The notes under the pieces are model-generated. The model ran no database searches. It worked only from the letters and a program-made list of their open reading frames with translations, and was not told where the DNA came from. A program made the translations under genes and the position numbers. Shown here piece after piece: positions 38,286-47,133 of a stretch of DNA of 62,970 bases (positions within the stretch are counted from its first letter, which is position 1; each line of letters begins with the position of its first letter). The stretch is from Candidatus Alloclostridium intestinigallinarum (GTDB lineage Bacteria; Bacillota; Clostridia; Christensenellales; UBA3700), in contig CAJFNB010000004.1 of assembly GCA_904393845.1 (NCBI GenBank), positions 1-62,970 of the forward strand. Direction: 5' to 3'.

Positions 38286-38324
38286 TTGCCGTGAAATATC
38301 CGTAAATGCGAATACTGTTATGCC

Positions 38325-38348
38325 GCGTCCGCCGCGGACGCTTTTTTT
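38325..38348 (+). terminator. Second hairpin plus T-run.
   Basis: GCGTCCG-CCG-CGGACGC is followed by TTTTTTT. Confidence 0.6.
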
Positions 38349-38412
38349 CTGTTCATAACCGCCCCTTTGCGTGCGGAAATAAGGTGCGCGCGGTATTAAG
38401 CCCTATAAAAGA

Positions 38413-38441
38413 TTGACGAATTTTTCTGCGTGTGCTACAAT
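38413..38441 (+). promoter_or_regulatory. Promoter TTGACG-17-TACAAT with a TGc extension for gpmI.
   Basis: Read directly. Confidence 0.6.
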
Positions 38442-38494
38442 AAATCGAATAAAAAATTTATCTCACTTAATTAAAGTGGAAAGAGAGGTATCAT

Positions 38495-40039
38495 ATGAGT
38501 TTTACCGGTCTTATAATTATGGATGGCTACGGCGTAAATCATTTTGCGCCCTTCAACGCCGTATCTCCCGAAACGGCGCCCAACGTACTTAAACTGTTTG
38601 CGGACAATCCCGCAACCGTGCTCGACGCCAGCGGCCTTGCCGTGGGTCTGCCCGACGGTCAGATGGGCAACAGCGAGGTGGGACACCTCAACATAGGCGC
38701 GGGCAGAATTATCTACCAGGAACTTACGCGCATTACCAAGTCCATTCAGGACGGCGATTTCTTCACCAATCCCGCCCTTGTAAAGGCTATGGAAAGCGCC
38801 AAGTCGAACGGCAAAAAACTGCACGTAATGGGACTTGTGTCCGACGGCGGCGTGCATTCGCACAACACCCACCTGTACGCTTTGGTGAAAATGGCAAAGC
38901 AGATGGGGCTGGACAACGTGTATATCCACTGCTTCATGGACGGCAGGGACGTCCCTCCGGAGTCGGGCAAGGGCTATATCGAAGAATTGCAGCAGCAGCT
39001 TGACCGGATGGCTTTCGGCAGGATAGCCACCATAAGCGGCAGATTCTACGCCATGGACCGCGACAATATCTGGGACAGGGTGGAAAAGGCGTACGCCGCG
39101 CTTGCGGACGGCGAAGGCGTCATCGAAACCGACCCCGTGCAGGCTATGCAGAACAGCTACGACAAGGGCGTTACCGACGAATTCGTAATTCCCACCGTCA
39201 TTACCGAAGGCGGCAAGCCCGTTGCCACCGTGGACGAAGGCGACAGCATTATCTTCTTCAACTTCCGTCCCGACAGGGCAAGGCAGATAACCCGTTCCTT
39301 CATCTATCCCGACTTTGACAAGTTTGCGCGCAAGAAGGGCTTTTTGAACCCCTGCTACGTGTCTTTCACGCAGTACGACGTCACTTTCAACGACAGGCTG
39401 GACGTGGCGTTCAAGCCGGAAACTTATACGAACACCCTGGGCGAATATCTCTCCAAGAAGGGCGTTAAGCAGTTCAGAATAGCCGAAACGCAGAAGTACG
39501 CGCACGTCACCTTCTTCTTCAACGGAGGCGTGGAAGCTCCCAATCCCGGCGAGGACAGAATTTTAATAGATTCCCCCAAGATAGCCACCTTCGACATGAA
39601 GCCCGAAATGAGCGCTTACGAGGTTGCCGAACGCGCCTGCAAGGAGATCAAGTCGGGCAAGTACGACGTGATGATACTCAACTTCGCAAACGGCGATATG
39701 GTGGGACATACCGGCGTGCTCGAAGCCGCGCGCAAGGCGGTCAAAGTGGTTGACGAATGCGTGCAGCAGGTTGTAGACGCCATTCTGTCCGTGGGCGGCA
39801 AGGCGCTTATCACCGCAGACCACGGCAACTGCGACTATATGTACGAACCCGACGGCACCCCCTTCACCGCGCACACCACGAACCGCGTGCCGCTCATCGC
39901 CGTCGGCGACGACAGCATATGCTTTCTGGAAAACAACGGCAAGCTGTGCGATATAGCTCCCACGCTTCTGGATATGATGGGACTTGAAAAACCTTCTGAA
40001 ATGACCGGTAAAAGTCTTATACGTCATAAAGTGAAATAA
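38495..40039 (+). CDS. gpmI: 2,3-bisphosphoglycerate-independent phosphoglycerate mutase.
   Basis: It has MGNSEVGHLNIGAGR and matches iPGM along its full length. Confidence 0.95.
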   Translation: MSFTGLIIMDGYGVNHFAPFNAVSPETAPNVLKLFADNPATVLDASGLAVGLPDGQMGNSEVGHLNIGAGRIIYQELTRITKSIQDGDFFTNPALVKAMESAKSNGKKLHVMGLVSDGGVHSHNTHLYALVKMAKQMGLDNVYIHCFMDGRDVPPESGKGYIEELQQQLDRMAFGRIATISGRFYAMDRDNIWDRVEKAYAALADGEGVIETDPVQAMQNSYDKGVTDEFVIPTVITEGGKPVATVDEGDSIIFFNFRPDRARQITRSFIYPDFDKFARKKGFLNPCYVSFTQYDVTFNDRLDVAFKPETYTNTLGEYLSKKGVKQFRIAETQKYAHVTFFFNGGVEAPNPGEDRILIDSPKIATFDMKPEMSAYEVAERACKEIKSGKYDVMILNFANGDMVGHTGVLEAARKAVKVVDECVQQVVDAILSVGGKALITADHGNCDYMYEPDGTPFTAHTTNRVPLIAVGDDSICFLENNGKLCDIAPTLLDMMGLEKPSEMTGKSLIRHKVK

Positions 40040-40077
40040 CCAAGCAAAAAAAGTCTTGTTTACTTAAAAAAGAAAGG

Positions 40078-40110
40078 GGAGAGGCGGAGTTGAGCCGGCT
40101 CTCCTTTTTT
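40078..40110 (+). terminator. Rho-independent terminator of gpmI.
   Basis: The stem GGAGAGGCGG/CCGGCTCTCC has one mismatch and is followed by TTTTTT. Flanking sequences extend the palindrome back over the stop codon. Confidence 0.75.
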
Positions 40111-40132
40111 GCTTTGTTATTTCACTGACGAT

Positions 40133-40271
40133 GGCACCGCATATAAGGCGCGTGATACTTTGTCAAGCCGCATTTTTTCTAAGTCACGTACGCCTAGTAC
40201 GCTCCTGTCGCAAAAATACGCCTTTCCTCGTCTGACACGCCTTCTCTGCGGTGCGTTTGGTTGAGACTTTT
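40133..40271. repeat. Family-C long-hairpin repeat, copy 1.
   Basis: It shares the conserved boxes CCGC.(C/T)ATAAG, GTCAAG, apical TCACGTACGC-NNN-GTACGCTC, CCTTTCCT and GCGGTGCGTTT with the copies at 53238 and 62878. Confidence 0.85.
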
Positions 40272-40288
40272 AATAAGGCGGATAATTT

Positions 40289-40498
40289 AAAAGTATTGCG
40301 AAGATAATCGCTTCGACAAAGGGTACTCACTTAACGGCTTAATCGTTTTTATTTACGAGAAAAAGCATTGCGGAGATAATACTGTCAATCATACATTCTA
40401 CGGAAAGCATTGCGGAGATAATATTATCAAAACATACTTTTGTTACTTCAAGGCGGTTAGGGGATGCAACGTCCCACGTTGCCACGCTCCCTCCCATA
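40289..40498 (+). repeat. Family-A cluster: three head boxes (ATTGCGRAGATAAT at 40294, 40367 and 40409) and one complete module with the variant hairpin GCAACG-TCCCA-CGTTGC.
   Basis: Read directly. The variant hairpin is at 40466-40482, followed by the remnant arm CACGCTCC. Confidence 0.8.
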
Positions 40499-40568
40499 TA
40501 TATTTCTTTAATGTTTGTAAAAAATGAAGTTCTTTTCCGTGTTTTGGCAAATTAACTTTGAAAAAGTC

Positions 40569-40598
40569 TTTACATTTCACCGGCGGATAATATATAAT
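40569..40598 (+). promoter_or_regulatory. Promoter TTTACA-18-TATAAT.
   Basis: Read directly, upstream of the M28 peptidase gene. Confidence 0.5.
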
Positions 40599-40695
40599 TA
40601 ACGCATATCCAATGGGGGATACGCTTATGAGAGCTGGGCTTTTTTACGCGGCTTCCGTTTGATATACCCCAAAATAAAACCTTACGGTGGTGCGT

Positions 40696-41991
40696 ATGAA
40701 AAAAGAAGAAGCAAAAGCCGGCGCGCAATATGTCTACGACTACATCAAGGGCATAATCGACAAGACGGGTCCCAGACTGCCGGGAACGGAAGAAGAACGT
40801 CAGGGCGCGCTTCTTACTGCCGGTATTATGGAAGGTATCAGCGGCAAAAAGGCGGTTGTGGAGGAATTCGATCTGCACCCCAACGCGTCGATAGGCGCGA
40901 TTCCCGTCGTAGGTTACCTGGGTCTTATAAGTTTCGCGGTCTATTATCTTTCGCCCATAGCGACTCTCGTTCTTTCCACTCTCACGCTGCTTTTTTCCAT
41001 AGCGCAGATTTTTACATACAGCGGCTGGTTCGACTTTCTCTTTCCCAAGCGGAAATCGCAGAACGTATACACGACAATCGAACCGAAAAACGGGGAAGAG
41101 GTCAAATATACCATATGTTTTTCCGCGCACATGGATTCGTGCTGGTGCTGGAACCATTCCCTGCGCAATCCCAAGACGGCGATTCCCAAAATAGTGATAG
41201 GCGTGGTGGGTTTTGTACTGCTGATAGTAATGTCCGCAATCGCGGTGGGCATAGGTATGTACTCGTTTGCGACCATGTCCGAACTTGCGGCAAAGGGCGG
41301 ACAGTTCGACGGCATGGACATTTTCAAAATAGTCATGTATGTGCTCCCCGTGATAACCGTGCCCGGCAGCTACTGGCTTGCGGACTATCTCACGTGGGAC
41401 AAGAAAAAGGCTTCTCCCGGCGCGATGGACAACCTTTCGGGAATAGGCATTTTCCTTGCCTACGCAAACTACGTCAAGGAACACCCTGAAGTACAGCCGG
41501 AAGGGTGCAGGCTTATGTTCGCCGCCATGGGTGCGGAAGAAGCAAGCCTGAAAGGCTCGTTCGCCTTCTGCAAAAAGCATAAGGACGACGGTATGCTGGA
41601 AAATATGTACAATATCAACCTCGACTCCTTCCGCGACGACAAATACTTCTCCGCGGTAATAGGCGATTTGTGGCTGGGCAGCAGGTTCGACCGCGACCTT
41701 ATCAACCTTTCCAAAGAGGCTATGGCGGAAGCGCTGGGCGAGGACGTCACTCCCAAATGTCCGGGCGAAATGTTCAACCCCGTGGGCGGGTGCGATTCCA
41801 CTCCTTTCTGCCGCGCGGGGGTAAAGACGGTCACGCTCGTGGCGCAGAATCCCACCCTGACCGACTACTACCACACCTGCAACGACACGGTGGAAGGGCT
41901 GAGTATGTATTCGCTCGAAAAGGGGTTTGAAACCGTGGTGAACCTTGTTCCCAGGATAGACGAACTTGCGAAAAAGCAGGGTCTGAAGTAA
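40696..41991 (+). CDS. M28-family metallopeptidase with inserted transmembrane hairpins.
   Basis: It has AHMDS, GAMDNLSG and GAEEASLKGS motifs. Hydrophobic stretches lie before and between the first two motifs. The start was chosen at the ATG at 40696 (the ORF track begins at the GTG at 40687). Confidence 0.7.
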   Translation: MKKEEAKAGAQYVYDYIKGIIDKTGPRLPGTEEERQGALLTAGIMEGISGKKAVVEEFDLHPNASIGAIPVVGYLGLISFAVYYLSPIATLVLSTLTLLFSIAQIFTYSGWFDFLFPKRKSQNVYTTIEPKNGEEVKYTICFSAHMDSCWCWNHSLRNPKTAIPKIVIGVVGFVLLIVMSAIAVGIGMYSFATMSELAAKGGQFDGMDIFKIVMYVLPVITVPGSYWLADYLTWDKKKASPGAMDNLSGIGIFLAYANYVKEHPEVQPEGCRLMFAAMGAEEASLKGSFAFCKKHKDDGMLENMYNINLDSFRDDKYFSAVIGDLWLGSRFDRDLINLSKEAMAEALGEDVTPKCPGEMFNPVGGCDSTPFCRAGVKTVTLVAQNPTLTDYYHTCNDTVEGLSMYSLEKGFETVVNLVPRIDELAKKQGLK

Positions 41992-42008
41992 GCAAAGACG
42001 GCAAACGG

Positions 42009-42039
42009 CGGGGCGCGGCTTCAAGCGTCCCGTTTTGTT
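42009..42039 (+). terminator. Probable terminator.
   Basis: The stem CGGGGCGC/GCGTCCCG is followed by TTTT. Confidence 0.5.
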
Positions 42040-42099
42040 AAAGCGCGGCGCGCGGAGACTGTTTATTTTATAATAAGTGCGCGTGTAATATATTTGCTA

Positions 42100-42129
42100 T
42101 TGACAATCGCGTGATTGTTGTGATAAAAT
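42100..42129 (+). promoter_or_regulatory. Promoter TTGACA-18-TAAAAT.
   Basis: Read directly. AGGAGGG precedes the ATG at 42161. Confidence 0.6.
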
Positions 42130-42160
42130 GTAAACATTGATAAAATTCAGGAGGGTCAAT

Positions 42161-43879
42161 ATGAGCGACATCAAAAACTATTCCCTGAGTGAAATTGCTC
42201 CCGGAAGAGATTTTTCCCACTACGGCGTATCCCGCTGGGCGAGCGCCAAGGACATCAACACAAAACTCAAAGAACTTACCGATCAGAACGTATTCTGCAT
42301 CACCGATGAAGAATATGCGAATATCTGCAAGAATTATTACGACGTAAAGTGCGCAAAGTCCAAAGCCATTACCGGAGAGGCGAAGAAGTACATACCGGGC
42401 GGCGTACAGCACAACCTGGCATTCAACAAGCCTTTCCCCATGTGCATGGTTAAAGCGGAAGGCGCTTATCTGTACGACATAGACGGCAACAAGTACACCG
42501 ACTTTTTGCAGGCGGGCGGTCCCACCATTCTCGGCAGCAACTTCCCTGAAGTGCAGGAAGAGGCGATTGAGCTAATCAAGGACTGCGGCCCCGTTACCGG
42601 TCTGTTCCACGAAGCGGAACTGCTGATTGCCAAGGAAATCAACAAGCATATGCCCAATATCGAAATGTTCCGTATGCTCGGCAGCGGTACGGAATCGGTT
42701 ATGGCGGCTATCCGCGTCGCCCGTTGCGCCACTCATAAAAAGCGCGTAATCAAGATAGGCGGCGCATACCACGGCTGGTCCGACCAGATGGTTTACGGTC
42801 TGAAAATTCCCGGCACCAGGCAGTTTTTGGAAAGTTTCGGTATTCCCAACAACATCTTCTCGCTCATCGACGAAGTTCAGCCCAACAACCTTGAAATGCT
42901 GGAAGATTACCTCAAAGCCAACCAGCGCAAGGGCGGCACGGCTTGCGTAATCGTAGAACCCGTGGGTCCCGAAAGCGGCACCCGTCCCGTCGACTGGAAT
43001 TACAACAAGGGCGTGGAAATGCTCTGCCGCAAGTACGGCGCGCTGTTCATCTTCGACGAAGTCGTTACCGGCTTCCGCGTAGGTCTGGGCGGCGCACAGG
43101 GCTTGTTCGACGTGCATCCCGACCTCACCATATTCGGTAAAATCGTCGCCGGCGGCTATCCCGCGGCGGGCGGCGTAGGCGGCAAGAAGGAATACGTCAG
43201 CTGCATGGCGGCGGGCGTTGCAAGCGGCATGAAGAGGGCGTACGTGGGCGGCACGCTCGCGGCTAACCCCCTGTCCGCTCTGGCAGGTTACACCGCAATC
43301 AAGTGCATCGCCAAGCACGACGCCTGCGCTAAGGCGGGCCGCGCGGGCGACAGGCTGACCGACGGTCTTGTAAGACTGTGCAACGAATACAAGCTGCCTT
43401 ACGTGGCGTACAACCAAGGCTCCATCGTACACCTTGAGTGCACGGGCGCAATGAGTTACGACTTCTCGGCAAAGTGCCTGCTCAAGTCCCTGCTGCCTAT
43501 TTTGAAGAAGCAGGATATGATTTATGTGCGTAAGGAAGCCATGGAGATGATGGGTGCGGCTTATATGTCCCACGGCATCGTGACGCTGGCAGGTTCCAGA
43601 CTGTACACCTCTATGGCGGACACCGACGAGGTCATCGACGAGGCGTTGAACAAGTTCGAAGACGTGTTCAAACTCATCGTGGAGCGCAAACAGCCCATGG
43701 AAGTTTATGTACAGAAGTACAAGAAGGAACACGGCAAGGACAAGGAAGGCAAGGCAAAGAGAAAGGCGGACAAGAAGGCCGCGATAGCGCAGAGGAAGGC
43801 GGACGGAAAAGTCGCCGCCGCCAAGGCGAAGAAAGACCTTGTAAAACTCAAGGAAACGATGAAATCGGCAAAGTGCTGA
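42161..43879 (+). CDS. Class III (HemL/GSA-aminomutase-like) PLP aminotransferase with an N-terminal extension and a Lys-rich tail.
   Basis: It has the IPGGVQHN.. and DEVVTGFR motifs, with the PLP lysine in FGKIVAGGYP. It carries ~70 extra aa at the N-terminus and a basic KKEHGKDKEGKAKRKADKK.. C-terminus. Confidence 0.8.
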   Translation: MSDIKNYSLSEIAPGRDFSHYGVSRWASAKDINTKLKELTDQNVFCITDEEYANICKNYYDVKCAKSKAITGEAKKYIPGGVQHNLAFNKPFPMCMVKAEGAYLYDIDGNKYTDFLQAGGPTILGSNFPEVQEEAIELIKDCGPVTGLFHEAELLIAKEINKHMPNIEMFRMLGSGTESVMAAIRVARCATHKKRVIKIGGAYHGWSDQMVYGLKIPGTRQFLESFGIPNNIFSLIDEVQPNNLEMLEDYLKANQRKGGTACVIVEPVGPESGTRPVDWNYNKGVEMLCRKYGALFIFDEVVTGFRVGLGGAQGLFDVHPDLTIFGKIVAGGYPAAGGVGGKKEYVSCMAAGVASGMKRAYVGGTLAANPLSALAGYTAIKCIAKHDACAKAGRAGDRLTDGLVRLCNEYKLPYVAYNQGSIVHLECTGAMSYDFSAKCLLKSLLPILKKQDMIYVRKEAMEMMGAAYMSHGIVTLAGSRLYTSMADTDEVIDEALNKFEDVFKLIVERKQPMEVYVQKYKKEHGKDKEGKAKRKADKKAAIAQRKADGKVAAAKAKKDLVKLKETMKSAKC

Positions 43880-43955
43880 AAATAGCGTCGCGCCTCTCGC
43901 AAAGAGGGGCGCGATTACTATACGGCAAACACGGTAAAGTATAGCGGAGACATAT

Positions 43956-45488
43956 ATGAAATACATAATTGCACACGACATGGGCACGAGTTCGGACAAG
44001 GCGGTGCTCGTGGATTTCGAAGGACAGATAATTTCCTCGCAGACGGAGCCTTACCCCACTTATTATCCCGCGCCTGCGTTTGTAGAGCAGGATCCCGCCG
44101 ACTACTGGCGCGCCGTGTGCGAAGCCACTGCGAAACTGATGGATAAGACGGGCGTAAGCGCGGACGACGTCAAGGGCGTGGTTTTCTCGACGCAGGCGAT
44201 GGGCATCATTCCCATAGACAAGTACGGCAACGTGCTGCACAACAACATCACCTGGGTGGACGGCAGGGCGGAAAAACAGGCGCAGTCCATAATGAAAAAG
44301 CTGGGCGGCAAGCGCATTTTCTCGCTTGTGGCGGGCACTCCCATTATGGGCAAGGACGTGGTGGCAAAACTTATCTGGCTGAAAGAGGAAATGCCCAGCG
44401 TTTACAACGACGCCAAGTACTTCCTCGACGTGAACGGATTTTTGAAGTTCAAGTGCACGGGCGTTGCGGTGGCGGAATACTCCGGCGCTTCCTCATACGG
44501 ACTGGACACCAAGAAAAAGACGTGGCTGGGCGCGCTTAAACTCACGGGCATAGACATGAAAAAACTGCCCCCGCTCGTCAAGAGCACGGACATGATAGGA
44601 GAAGGTCTGCTGCCCGAAGCGGCAAAGGCGATGAAGCTCAATCCCGGCACTCCCGTGTTCGGCGGCTGCGACGACACGCAGGCGGCGGCGCTGGGTTCGG
44701 GCATGAACGGCGAAGGCGATATCCATATATATCTCGGCACGTCCGCGTGGGTGGGCGCGACTTCTTCCACGGAAACCAAGTTCAAGCACGGCGCGGCGGC
44801 AATACAGTCCGCGGACATAAATATGAATCTTATCGTGGGCATCACGGAAGCCGCCGGTTCCAATCTGGAATGGATTAAAAACCAGTTCTTCAAGAAGGAA
44901 GCGGAAGAGCTGGGCAGCGGCATTTACGACTATATGGACAGCGTTATCGAGCATATCCCCGCGGGCAGCGAATACCTTATCTGCACGCCGTGGATGTTGG
45001 GCGAAAGGTGCCCCGTTTCTTCCACTACAACGAGGAGCACGCTTTTCAATATCGACCCGCGCCACACGCGCGAACACCTCATGCGCGCCGTGTACGAGGG
45101 CATAGGCTACAACCTCAGGTGGATTCTGGAAAACTTCAAAAAGGACTACGGCTTCGGCGGCAGAAAGTTCAGGATAATCGGCGGCGGAGCCATGAATAAG
45201 GCGTGGATGCAGATGATTGCGGACATCACGGACAACGAGTTCGCCGTGGTGCAGAACACGCGCAACGCGGGCGCTTTGGGCGCGGCGATCATCGCGCTTA
45301 TAGGTCTGGGCGAAATAAAGGGCTTTTCCGAGGTCAAGCGGTTTGTCAAGGAGGAAAAGACTTACCGTCCCAATCCGGCGAACAGGCACGTTTACGACGA
45401 ACAGTTCGCCAACTACAAGCGCATCTATTACAGCCTGAACAAGGCGTACAAACTTGCAAACTCAAAGAGATTCGAAGGAGACGAGTGA
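43956..45488 (+). CDS. FGGY-family carbohydrate kinase.
   Basis: It has the N-terminal DMGTSSDKAVL and the C-terminal GGGAMNKAWMQMIADI FGGY signatures. Confidence 0.85.
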   Translation: MKYIIAHDMGTSSDKAVLVDFEGQIISSQTEPYPTYYPAPAFVEQDPADYWRAVCEATAKLMDKTGVSADDVKGVVFSTQAMGIIPIDKYGNVLHNNITWVDGRAEKQAQSIMKKLGGKRIFSLVAGTPIMGKDVVAKLIWLKEEMPSVYNDAKYFLDVNGFLKFKCTGVAVAEYSGASSYGLDTKKKTWLGALKLTGIDMKKLPPLVKSTDMIGEGLLPEAAKAMKLNPGTPVFGGCDDTQAAALGSGMNGEGDIHIYLGTSAWVGATSSTETKFKHGAAAIQSADINMNLIVGITEAAGSNLEWIKNQFFKKEAEELGSGIYDYMDSVIEHIPAGSEYLICTPWMLGERCPVSSTTTRSTLFNIDPRHTREHLMRAVYEGIGYNLRWILENFKKDYGFGGRKFRIIGGGAMNKAWMQMIADITDNEFAVVQNTRNAGALGAAIIALIGLGEIKGFSEVKRFVKEEKTYRPNPANRHVYDEQFANYKRIYYSLNKAYKLANSKRFEGDE

Positions 45489-45489
45489 T

Positions 45490-46083
45490 ATGAACGAAAA
45501 ACTCAAAGCATCCGTACTGCAATATTTCGACAGACTTAGGGAATACGGTCTGCACGGCGAGGGCGATTCCGTATCCGTCCGCACGGAAGGCGGTATGCTG
45601 TTTGTGGACAACAGCCGCGAAGTAAAATTCGTAAAAGCGGGCGAGGCTAAGGGAGAAGCCGCCCTCCACGAGGGAATATACGCGCAAACGGACGCCGCCG
45701 CGGTGGTGCACGCCCACCCCGACTATGTCAGCGCGGTGGCAAAAGCGGGCGTTACTATTCCCGCCGTCATCGACGATATGGCGCAGATAGTGGGTCCCAC
45801 CTGTCGCACGGTAGAGGGGAAGGAAGCCGCCGCAAAGGAGCTGAAAAAGCGCAATTCCTGCCTTATGAAGGGCGACGGCGCGGTGACTACGGGCAGAACG
45901 CTGAACGAGGCGTTCACCTGCATGATGGTGCTGCAAAAGGCGGCAATCTGCTTTGTGAGCGCAAGCGTGCTGGGCGGAAACGTGGTCATAAACGGGCTGG
46001 AAGCGCGTCTTATGCGTTTTGTGTACAAGAAGAAATACAGCAAGATAAATACGGAAAACAATATGGAAAGGGAGGGCAAATAA
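45490..46083 (+). CDS. Class II aldolase/adducin-domain protein, degenerate paralog.
   Basis: It has VVHAHPDY (two His ligands), but the third-His position reads KGDG instead of NHG. The start is 1 nt after the kinase stop. Confidence 0.7.
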   Translation: MNEKLKASVLQYFDRLREYGLHGEGDSVSVRTEGGMLFVDNSREVKFVKAGEAKGEAALHEGIYAQTDAAAVVHAHPDYVSAVAKAGVTIPAVIDDMAQIVGPTCRTVEGKEAAAKELKKRNSCLMKGDGAVTTGRTLNEAFTCMMVLQKAAICFVSASVLGGNVVINGLEARLMRFVYKKKYSKINTENNMEREGK

Positions 46084-46746
46084 ATGAGCTGGACCAAGGA
46101 AGAAGAAGTAAAGCTGCGCCAAGTGGTGAAGGACAGCGGCGTTAAACTGCTCAAAGAAAACCTCGTGCAGGGCACGTGGGGCAATATGGCGCAAAGGCTG
46201 GATTCCGAATATATGCTCGTGACCCCCACGGGGCTTGACTACGAAGCGCTCTCTCCCGAAGATATGCCCGTGGTGAGCATAGCCGACCCGTCCGTGTGGC
46301 GCGACGGCAAAAAGCCCACTTCCGAGCGCAAGATTCACGCTTACCTCATGCTCAACCGCTCCGAGATAAACGCGACCATCCACTCGCACCCTTATTACGG
46401 CTCCATTTTCGCTTCGGCAAGAAAGGAACTGCCGGAAGAGGCGATGACGGAAGAGGAAAAGAAACTGCTCGGCGGAAGTATCCGCGTGGGCGCATACGGA
46501 CTTCCCGGCACGAAAAAGCTCAAAGAAGGCACCGTAAAGGCCATGGAAGGGCGCAACGCCTGCTTTATGGCGAACCACGGCGTTTTCTGCGCGGGCAAGG
46601 ATATGGAAGAGGCGTTCGAGATAATCCGCTGCCTTGAAAGGGTGTGCAAGAGATATATCGAACAGCTGACCGTAAAAGCCACGGGCGCAAAGGAATATTC
46701 GGACGGGCTTTTGTTCGACTATTTCATCAAAAAGTGCGGCAGATAA
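46084..46746 (+). CDS. Class II aldolase/adducin-family enzyme (FucA/AraD-like), canonical.
   Basis: It has GTWGNMAQR, PTSERKIH, IHSHPYY and MANHGVFCAG motifs. The start immediately follows the upstream stop. Confidence 0.8.
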   Translation: MSWTKEEEVKLRQVVKDSGVKLLKENLVQGTWGNMAQRLDSEYMLVTPTGLDYEALSPEDMPVVSIADPSVWRDGKKPTSERKIHAYLMLNRSEINATIHSHPYYGSIFASARKELPEEAMTEEEKKLLGGSIRVGAYGLPGTKKLKEGTVKAMEGRNACFMANHGVFCAGKDMEEAFEIIRCLERVCKRYIEQLTVKATGAKEYSDGLLFDYFIKKCGR

Positions 46747-47123
46747 TTTCGGAAAAACAGGCGCGCGAGCTGAATCCTCTCGTGCTGGCGTTCGTGGGCG
46801 ACGGAGTGCAGACGCTTTACGTGCGCACCCGCCTCGCCCTGGAATCGCACGCCAAGGCGGGCGTACTCCACACGCAGGCGGCGGCGGTCGTAAACGCCGG
46901 CGCGCAGGCGCGGAGCGCGGAAGAACTGCTCCCTTATTTTACGGAGGAGGAAGCGGGCATTTACCGCCGCGCGCGCAACAACCATTCCGCCCACCGCGCA
47001 AAAAACGCGGACGAGGGCGACTATCACAAGGCCAGCGGGCTGGAAGCCGTGATAGGCTTTCTGTACCTCACCGGCCGGGACGAAAGACTGGAATATATTC
47101 TGAAAGCCTGCTGCAAGCGGTAA
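46734..47123 (+). CDS. mrnC: Mini-ribonuclease III.
   Basis: It has LAFVGDGV, RRARN, KASGLEAVIGFLYLTG motifs. There is no in-frame ATG, so the GTG at 46734, which overlaps the upstream stop, is proposed. Confidence 0.7.
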   Translation: MRQIISEKQARELNPLVLAFVGDGVQTLYVRTRLALESHAKAGVLHTQAAAVVNAGAQARSAEELLPYFTEEEAGIYRRARNNHSAHRAKNADEGDYHKASGLEAVIGFLYLTGRDERLEYILKACCKR

Positions 47124-47133
47124 AGGAGATATT

